From Anaerolinea sp. (GTDB taxonomy: Bacteria > Chloroflexota > Anaerolineae > UBA4142), in assembly GCA_020722265.1 (NCBI GenBank), contig DYLA01000041.1, positions 1-17,852 of the forward strand: a stretch of DNA of 17,852 nt. The letters run 5' to 3'. This document shows, piece after piece, positions 1 through 6,025 of the stretch. A program made the position numbers and the translations under genes. Each line of letters starts with the position of its first letter. Position 1 is the stretch's first letter. The notes beneath the pieces are model-generated. The model made no database searches and was not told the origin of the DNA. It saw nothing but the letters and a program-made list of their open reading frames with translations.

Positions 1-17
1 AGGGGGCAAAGCCCCCT
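1..17. terminator. Perfect palindrome AGGGGGC-AAA-GCCCCCT at the window edge (7-bp GC stem, 3-nt loop), probably the tail of an upstream terminator/hairpin
   Basis: Read directly: positions 1-7 are the reverse complement of 11-17. No U-tract is visible because the feature is truncated by the window start. Confidence 0.3.
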
Positions 18-57
18 GAACCCCCATGTCCACGATTTACTGTGGTGCTACCCCTTT

Positions 58-86
58 TTGACGGATTTGACTAAATTGAGTATCAT
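58..86 (+). promoter_or_regulatory. Sigma70-like promoter TTGACG-N17-TATCAT upstream of phnD
   Basis: TTGACG at 58-63, 17-nt spacer, TATCAT at 81-86, each 5/6 to consensus. Predicted TSS ~93, about 100 nt before phnD. Confidence 0.35.
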
Positions 87-129
87 AGAGTAGACAAAGG
101 ACTCGAGCGAAAACTCATCCAAGGAGGTG

Positions 130-198
130 ATGCGAACGATTCAAGATCCCAACAGCGCGTCCATCTGGTACCTAATTCCAAGGAGGAGAAAGAGATGA
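130..198 (+). CDS. Candidate 22-codon upstream leader ORF (MRTIQDPNSASIWYLIPRRRKR), translationally coupled to phnD
   Basis: ATG at 130 lies 5 nt after AGGAGG (123-127). The stop TGA 196-198 overlaps the phnD ATG 195-197 (ATGA). The motif CCAAGGAGG occurs twice (118-127 and 177-186). No homology claim is made. Confidence 0.2.
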   Translation: MRTIQDPNSASIWYLIPRRRKR

Positions 199-1274
199 AG
201 AAACTCGTTCTGATCACCACGTTGTTGTTGGTGTTGCTCGCACTGGTTGCGTGCGCAGCGCCAACGCCCACCCCGACGCCGGTGCCACCCACCAAAGCGC
301 CGGAACCAACTAAGGCGCCGGTAGCGACCAAGCCCCCAGCCACGGCGACTGTTCCGCCAGCCAAGTGCGAGAAACTCCCCAATATGCCCACCGTCAAAGC
401 GGGCGAACTGGGCTCGCCGGAAAAACCGATCGTCATCACCTTCGTTCCTTCTGGCGATGTCCCGACGATCACCAAAGCCGGCAATGAAACGGTCGAGTGC
501 TTGAACAAGATCACCGGTTTGTCGTACAAGATCGAGGTCGGCACGTCGTACGCCGTCTCCATCGAGGCGATGGGCGCGGGCAAAGCACACGCCGGTTTCC
601 TGGCGACCTTTGCCGCGATCCTCGCGCGCGAAAAGTACGGCATCGAACCGGCGCTGGCTGCGACGCGCGCCTACGCAACGAATGATCTTGACCCGGACAA
701 GGGACTCAAGGGTCAGCAGAGCGACTTTTACAAAGGTCAGTTCATCACCAAGAAGGGCTCCGGCATCAAGAGCGTCGCCGATCTAAAGGGCAAGACCTTC
801 TGTGGTGTGGACGCGGCCTCCACCTCGGGTTGGATCATTCCGAGCATCAACCTCAAGGCGAATGGGATTGACCCGACGAAGGATCTAAAAGCAGTTACCT
901 ATGCGGGTTCGCACGACAACGTGGTGATTGCCGTGTACAAGGGCGATTGCGACGCGGGGGCGACGTACGTGGACGCGCGCGATTCGTCTGCCGTCAAAAA
1001 GGCATATCCCGATGTCAAAGACAAGGTCGAGCCGTTCTTCATCAGCACCCGCATCCCGAACGATGGTTTGCAGTTCATCAAGGGCTTTGATCCCAAACTG
1101 CGCGACGCGACCGTGGATGGTTTGCTCTCGATGATGGCAGACCCGGGCGGCAAAGCCGTAGTCAAACGCGCCTACAGCTACGACAACCTGAAGAAAGTGC
1201 CCGTCACCTTCTACGACGAATTCAAAGAACTGTTGAAGAAAGCGGGCGTGGACGCCGCGTCGTTGGTCAAATAA
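195..1274 (+). CDS. phnD: Phosphonate/phosphite ABC transporter substrate-binding lipoprotein (PhnD/SsuA/PtxB-type periplasmic binding protein)
   Basis: AGGAGG RBS at 181-186. Signal peptide with lipobox LVAC followed by a long Pro/Thr/Ala-rich tether. The body has the PhnD-like PBP fold. It is followed by the phnC and phnE genes. Confidence 0.8.
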   Translation: MKKLVLITTLLLVLLALVACAAPTPTPTPVPPTKAPEPTKAPVATKPPATATVPPAKCEKLPNMPTVKAGELGSPEKPIVITFVPSGDVPTITKAGNETVECLNKITGLSYKIEVGTSYAVSIEAMGAGKAHAGFLATFAAILAREKYGIEPALAATRAYATNDLDPDKGLKGQQSDFYKGQFITKKGSGIKSVADLKGKTFCGVDAASTSGWIIPSINLKANGIDPTKDLKAVTYAGSHDNVVIAVYKGDCDAGATYVDARDSSAVKKAYPDVKDKVEPFFISTRIPNDGLQFIKGFDPKLRDATVDGLLSMMADPGGKAVVKRAYSYDNLKKVPVTFYDEFKELLKKAGVDAASLVK

Positions 1275-1280
1275 ATCTCA

Positions 1281-1317
1281 AGACCTGGAAGGTCTTCTTC
1301 AAAGACCTTCCAGGTCT
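1281..1317. repeat. Palindromic hairpin repeat, copy 1: AGACCTGGAAGGTCT-tcttcaa-AGACCTTCCAGGTCT, in the phnD-phnC intercistronic gap
   Basis: Perfect 15-bp inverted repeat with a 7-nt loop, read directly. The same 15-mer pair recurs at 13479 and 16773, and a variant at 17783. Confidence 0.85.
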
Positions 1318-1331
1318 ATTGAAAATCCACC

Positions 1332-2090
1332 ATGCTCAAAGTTGAAAACCTCACCAAGGTCTATCCGAATGGGACCGTTGCGCTGCGCGACGTCAGTTTC
1401 GAGGTCGAAGATGGCGAGTTCCTCGCGGTCATCGGCTTGAGCGGTTCGGGCAAGTCCACGTTGATGCGGTGCATCAATCGCTTGATCGAGCCGACCTCGG
1501 GGCGAATCATCTGGGATGGCACCGATCTCACCGCGCTTTCCCCAGCCGAAATGCGCAAGATGCGCCGGCAAATCGGCATGGTCTTTCAACAGTTCAACCT
1601 TGTCAAACGTTCTTCGGTGATGACCAATGTGCTCGCCGGGCGATTGGGCTATGTCTCGCCGTATCAGAGTTTATTCAACTATTTTTCCTCAGCCGATCAC
1701 GCGCGCGCGCTGAAGAACCTCGAGCGGCTGGGGCTGCAGGACAAGGCGTACGTGCGCGCCGATTCGCTTTCGGGCGGGCAGCAGCAGCGCGTCGGGATTG
1801 CGCGCGCGTTGATGCAAGAGCCCAAGTTGATCCTCGCGGATGAGCCGGTCGCCTCGCTCGATCCGGTCTTGTCTCATTCGATCCTCAAGTACCTGGAGCA
1901 GATGAACAAGGAAGACGGGATCACTGTTCTGTGCTCGCTCCACTTTCTCGATCTGGTGCATCGCTATTCGACGCGTGCGATCGGATTGAAAGAAGGCAAA
2001 ATCGTTTTTCAGGGATTACCGCAAGAGATTGACGACACGCAGTTCAAGACGATCTTCGGGCAAGAGGCAGAGCGAGTTACGATACTCTAA
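1332..2090 (+). CDS. phnC: Phosphonate ABC transporter ATP-binding protein
   Basis: Walker A GLSGSGKST, signature LSGGQQQRVGIARAL, Walker B LILADEP. The PhnC-typical FQQFNLV..SV..NVL and RLIEPTSG motifs are present. Confidence 0.9.
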   Translation: MLKVENLTKVYPNGTVALRDVSFEVEDGEFLAVIGLSGSGKSTLMRCINRLIEPTSGRIIWDGTDLTALSPAEMRKMRRQIGMVFQQFNLVKRSSVMTNVLAGRLGYVSPYQSLFNYFSSADHARALKNLERLGLQDKAYVRADSLSGGQQQRVGIARALMQEPKLILADEPVASLDPVLSHSILKYLEQMNKEDGITVLCSLHFLDLVHRYSTRAIGLKEGKIVFQGLPQEIDDTQFKTIFGQEAERVTIL

Positions 2091-2092
2091 CC

Positions 2093-4051
2093 ATGAACCC
2101 ACCATCTTCTCATTCCCAAAACGCTTTGCTCGCAGCGGTATTCTCCCTGTGCATCCCCGGCGCAGGACAACTGTACCTGCGAAAGCGTGAGCGCGGGATT
2201 GGCATTCTGGTGGGCGCGCTCGCGCTGGCGTACCTGATCAATTGGGCGCTCGCGAATTTCCAGATGGAGGCGATCGCGCTCTGGCTGTGGCTGGTGTTCG
2301 CGCTATTTTGGCTGTGGAATGTTTTCGATGCGTATCGCCTCGCGCGCGGGCAAACTACCTACGACCGGCTGGGCTTGCTGCTGGCAATCGTCGTTATCTA
2401 CGCCATCGGTTGGCAAGTGACCGACATCAATCCGGATCGGCTCATCACGCGGTTCAAAGATGTGCAGGTCGTCTTCAAGGCGCTAGTCTATCCCGATTTG
2501 TTCACGCAAGAGGGAGGTTCCTGGCGACCGAGTGAGAACTTTGGGGACATTATCGGCAAGGTGGTAGACCGCCCCGCGCCGGATTGGCTGGTTCAGTTGG
2601 GATTGGCGCAGAAAGGCGCCCTGGTTCCGACGCCGGTGCTGGGTAAGATGGCTGAGACGGTCGCCATCGGTCTGATGGCAACGTTTCTGGCAATCATTTT
2701 TGCGATTCCACTCAGTTTCTTTGCCGCGCACAATATCATGTCGCGCGTTCCCGGCGGCACCGTCATCTACTACGCGATGCGGACGTTTCTGAACGTCGTC
2801 CGTTCCGTAGACACGATCATCTGGGGTCTCATCATCGTCGTCTGGGTTGGCTTGGGCTCGTTCGCCGGGACGCTGGCGCTGACGATTCACTCCATCGCCG
2901 CGCTGGGCAAGTTGTACTCCGAAGAGGTCGAGCACATTGATCCCGGTCCCATCGAAGCGATCACGGCGACCGGCGCGAATCTGCTGCAAGTCATTCGTTA
3001 CGCCGTGATCCCGCAAATCGTCCCGCCGTTCCTCGCCTACACGCTGTTGCGCTGGGACATCAATATGCGTATGGCGACGGTGGTCGGTTTCGTCGCGGGG
3101 GGCGGCATCGGCTTTTTCGTCGTCGAGACGATCCGCAAAGGCGGCTATGAACAGTACGCGGCGGCGTTGTGGGCAGTCGCCATCGTCATCATCCTCGTGG
3201 ACTATGTGAGCGCGAAATGGCGCGCGCGGATTTTGGCTGGAGAGGTCAAGGTCTCGGCGGAAGCGCCCAAGCCGTTCTACGCGTCGTTGCGCGGACTGTT
3301 TTGGCTGGTGCTCGGTCTCGCGGTGTTCGCGCTCTGCTGGCAACTTTCGGAGATTGATTTGCGCAAGTTGCTCGAGCCGTCGCCTACGTTCGTCAAGGTG
3401 GTGCGCGATTTCGTGGCGATTGACCTGAGTCCAGAGACGTTCGACACGGTGCTCAAGCAGATGCTCGTCACGATTTTCCAGGCGTTGCTCGCGACGACGT
3501 TGGGTGGATTGGCGGCGGTCCCGTTTAGTTTTCTTGCCGCGCGCAATTTGATGGGGGGCAGCGCGCTGACGCTGGTGGTGTATTACGTGGCGCGCAGCGT
3601 GTTGAATGTGCTGCGTTCGATCGAAGCGCTGTTGTACGTCGCGATCTTTGTGTTCTGGGTTGGCATTGGACCGTTCGCCGGGATGCTTGCGCTCGCCATT
3701 ACGACGTTTGCGCTCATCGGCAAACTCTTCTCGGAGGCGATTGAGAACATTGACCCCGGACCCACGGAAGCGATTGCGGCGACTGGCGCGACCGGCTTGC
3801 AGACGATCATCTACGCGATCTTGCCGCAGATCATTCCACCGTTCGTTTCGTATTTGATTTACCAATGGGACATCAACATCCGCATCGCGACGATTGTGGG
3901 ATTTGCGGGTGGCGGCGGCGTGGGTTTGCTCTTGAATACGTATTTCAGTATGCTGCAGTACCACAAAGCCGGTACGGTAGTGGCGATGATCGTCGTGGTG
4001 GTGGCGGCGATGGATTTTGCGAGCGCGAAGATTAGGGAGCGGATGGTGTAG
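2093..4051 (+). CDS. phnE: Phosphonate ABC transporter permease: two complete PhnE permease domains fused in one 652-aa polypeptide, plus a ~100-aa N-terminal two-helix membrane extension
   Basis: The PhnE signature (EAI.ATGA..Q.I.YA.IPQI.PPF....L.RWDIN.R.ATVVGF.GGGG.G) appears twice, around residues 290-340 and 540-600. The ATG lies 2 nt after the phnC stop. Confidence 0.8.
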   Translation: MNPPSSHSQNALLAAVFSLCIPGAGQLYLRKRERGIGILVGALALAYLINWALANFQMEAIALWLWLVFALFWLWNVFDAYRLARGQTTYDRLGLLLAIVVIYAIGWQVTDINPDRLITRFKDVQVVFKALVYPDLFTQEGGSWRPSENFGDIIGKVVDRPAPDWLVQLGLAQKGALVPTPVLGKMAETVAIGLMATFLAIIFAIPLSFFAAHNIMSRVPGGTVIYYAMRTFLNVVRSVDTIIWGLIIVVWVGLGSFAGTLALTIHSIAALGKLYSEEVEHIDPGPIEAITATGANLLQVIRYAVIPQIVPPFLAYTLLRWDINMRMATVVGFVAGGGIGFFVVETIRKGGYEQYAAALWAVAIVIILVDYVSAKWRARILAGEVKVSAEAPKPFYASLRGLFWLVLGLAVFALCWQLSEIDLRKLLEPSPTFVKVVRDFVAIDLSPETFDTVLKQMLVTIFQALLATTLGGLAAVPFSFLAARNLMGGSALTLVVYYVARSVLNVLRSIEALLYVAIFVFWVGIGPFAGMLALAITTFALIGKLFSEAIENIDPGPTEAIAATGATGLQTIIYAILPQIIPPFVSYLIYQWDINIRIATIVGFAGGGGVGLLLNTYFSMLQYHKAGTVVAMIVVVVAAMDFASAKIRERMV

Positions 4052-4099
4052 AAGGTGACGGGGGTGACAAGGTAACAGGGTGATGAGCAGAAGCGCGAT

Positions 4100-4128
4100 T
4101 TGCGTTCTTGGGGAAAAGAGCGCATAAT
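4100..4128 (+). promoter_or_regulatory. Candidate sigma70-like promoter TTGCGT-N17-CATAAT in the island leader
   Basis: TTGCGT 4100-4105, 17-nt spacer, CATAAT 4123-4128. A second weaker candidate is TTGACT 4142-4147 with AAGAAT 4167-4172 (N19). Confidence 0.25.
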
Positions 4129-4347
4129 TGTTGCTGTAAGTTTGACTTTGTCCCGCGGGAGCGGATAAGAATCTTGGTTTTAGTCTCCCATTCATATTGA
4201 CGGCGCGCCGACTTGGCATTGGGAGGCGAGGTTCATCAGTATTTGCGTTTGGCTGATTGCTGTTGCCGTTGGAGGCGATAGATGGTTAGCTGTTGCTCGT
4301 GGGGCAAGTCTCGTTTTGGCGCACGATGGGGTGTAAGCCATATGAAA

Positions 4348-4400
4348 CACCTGCTATTCGGCGCGTCTGGTAGACGCGTGGGGAGCAGGTGTTTTGTGTT
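4348..4400 (+). terminator. Compound stem-loop followed by a U-rich tract; an attenuator/intrinsic-terminator-like element in the 415-bp leader of the SPFH gene
   Basis: Outer stem CACCTGCT (4348-4355) pairs with AGCAGGTG (4384-4391). Inner perfect stem CGCGTCT (4362-4368) pairs with AGACGCG (4372-4378) around a 3-nt loop. It is followed by TTTTGTGTTT (4392-4400). Confidence 0.4.
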
Positions 4401-4466
4401 TGAAGGCGGCAGAATTGAGGCAAACGCACATTCGTTACCGTGCGGGTTCGTGGCAGGAGGGCGCCT

Positions 4467-5987
4467 ATGACACGCCGTGAGCGAATTGTATTCTATCTTG
4501 GACTGTTTGGAGTGTCGGTTTTTGTTTTGCTGCCGATGGTCCTCTCTGCCTGGCTCTTTTTCAGATTGGCGTCTTGGTATGTTGGCAAGATTCCAGAACG
4601 TCGGCTTCCGCTGACCGAGTTTGTTTCACCTTCGCATAAGAGATTCTGCGAGTGGCTCAGTGGGCTGTTGAACAGTCTTGGCGGCAAAATGCTTATATTG
4701 ACCTCCCTACTTGCCGGCGGAGGAGCCATCTTGGCAAAGAGTGTGTTGGGGTTGGATTTGCTATGGGGCTACTGGCTTGCCAACGTCGGTCAAGCGGTGG
4801 TCTACTTGTTTCTTTATCCATTCCTCAAGTATTCGTATTGGGAGTACTATCTGTCGCAAGCCGAGCCGGCGGCGCACTTGCTTGTCGGTGGGAGAGAGGA
4901 GTACGACAAACTGTCCGAGACGGACAGGAAGAAACTCACACGCCACGTTGCCGATGTGCTGATTGGCATCAACAAAGGCACTTGGGTAGTGAGCGGAGGT
5001 AAAGCCCAACTGTACAACGCCCCTGCTGGTTGGCTCGCCAAGTTTGGTGGACCGGGGGTGTTAGTGGTACAAGAAGGGCACGCGGTTGTGCTGGAACGAA
5101 GCGGAAAGATTTCGCGGGTAGTGGGATGCGGGTTGACCTTTTTGGAGCCGTTCGAGCGCGTTGGTTTAGTTGTCTATTTGGCGGCTGGGGGGGAGCATTT
5201 TCAGGTCAAACAAGTTGTCACGAAAGACAAAGTGGTGATTGATGAGATTGATTTGTATGTCTATCACAAAGTTGATCAAGGCGACAAATCGCGCCGGAAC
5301 GGTATGTTTCCGTTCGATGTCAAGATCATTCTGGAAAAGGTATGGACGCCGAAAGGATCCGATCGTGAGGATAAGAGTGCGGACTTGGGGGGAGCGGTGC
5401 GAGCGGTGACGGATACAGCTGTGCGTGATGTGATTGCTCAGTATAATCTGGCTGACTTTATAACCGCCACTGGAGACATTCGACAGAGACTCAAAGGCGA
5501 ATTCAAGGCAGCCATCGAACGCGTAACCGACGCCGCGATGGGAATCAAGATTATCGTGGTGGATGTTGGGTATATCAAGTTTCCTGCCGATGTACAGCAA
5601 GAACTCGTCGAAGTTGCAAAGGCGAAGGCGAAGAAGGAGAGGGTGCTGACCGATGCCGAAGCAGAGAGACAGGCAAAAATCACTATAGGCGAGGGAGAAC
5701 GTGAATACCTGCGCAAGCAAGGTGAAGGAAAAGCGTTGGCTGCACGCGAAGAGGGATTGGCAAAGGCGGAGGGCGAATCAGAACGTGTGCGCGAAATGCT
5801 GATCGTTCTCTCGCAACTGCCGATTGACGATAAAAGCAAGATGAATCTACTTAGGACGATATTTCGAGGCGATCAGTATCGCGAGGCGGTTCGAATGTTG
5901 ATGATGATAAGTCGCTCGGCGCGCGGGGCTGTCCCACGCGTGGCGGGTGATGGTTCTGTGGATACCTCACCTGCGGAGAGCATTTGA
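4467..5987 (+). CDS. SPFH/band-7 (stomatin/HflKC/flotillin-like) membrane protein with three N-terminal TM helices and a C-terminal Glu/Lys/Ala-rich coiled coil
   Basis: AGGAGG at 4455-4460 lies 6 nt before ATG 4467, preferred over the 4440 ORF-track start. The SPFH core is VVQEGHAVVLERSGKISRVVGCGLTFLEPFERV...VIDEIDLYVYHKV...GIKIIVVDVGYIKFPADVQQE...AKAKAKKERV..AEAERQAKI. GC content is visibly lower than in the flanks. Confidence 0.8.
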   Translation: MTRRERIVFYLGLFGVSVFVLLPMVLSAWLFFRLASWYVGKIPERRLPLTEFVSPSHKRFCEWLSGLLNSLGGKMLILTSLLAGGGAILAKSVLGLDLLWGYWLANVGQAVVYLFLYPFLKYSYWEYYLSQAEPAAHLLVGGREEYDKLSETDRKKLTRHVADVLIGINKGTWVVSGGKAQLYNAPAGWLAKFGGPGVLVVQEGHAVVLERSGKISRVVGCGLTFLEPFERVGLVVYLAAGGEHFQVKQVVTKDKVVIDEIDLYVYHKVDQGDKSRRNGMFPFDVKIILEKVWTPKGSDREDKSADLGGAVRAVTDTAVRDVIAQYNLADFITATGDIRQRLKGEFKAAIERVTDAAMGIKIIVVDVGYIKFPADVQQELVEVAKAKAKKERVLTDAEAERQAKITIGEGEREYLRKQGEGKALAAREEGLAKAEGESERVREMLIVLSQLPIDDKSKMNLLRTIFRGDQYREAVRMLMMISRSARGAVPRVAGDGSVDTSPAESI

Positions 5988-6025
5988 TTGGGTTGCAAGT
6001 TGGGCAATGGTGAGGGATGATAGGT

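Noticed and set aside
83-643. 186-aa and 149-aa minus-strand ORFs overlapping the phnD 5' region
   Set aside because: They are generated by the repetitive Pro/Thr-coding tract of phnD read on the opposite strand (poly-Gly/Val product). No start context.
2483-4219. 578-aa ORF on the minus strand, antisense to phnE
   Set aside because: Its Arg/His/Asp-rich low-complexity translation is typical of shadow ORFs in high-GC DNA. It fully overlaps a strongly supported permease gene and has no RBS.
4282-4470. 62-aa ORF in the island leader
   Set aside because: No RBS and Gly/Arg/Cys-rich composition, and it runs through the terminator-like hairpin. Treated as non-coding.
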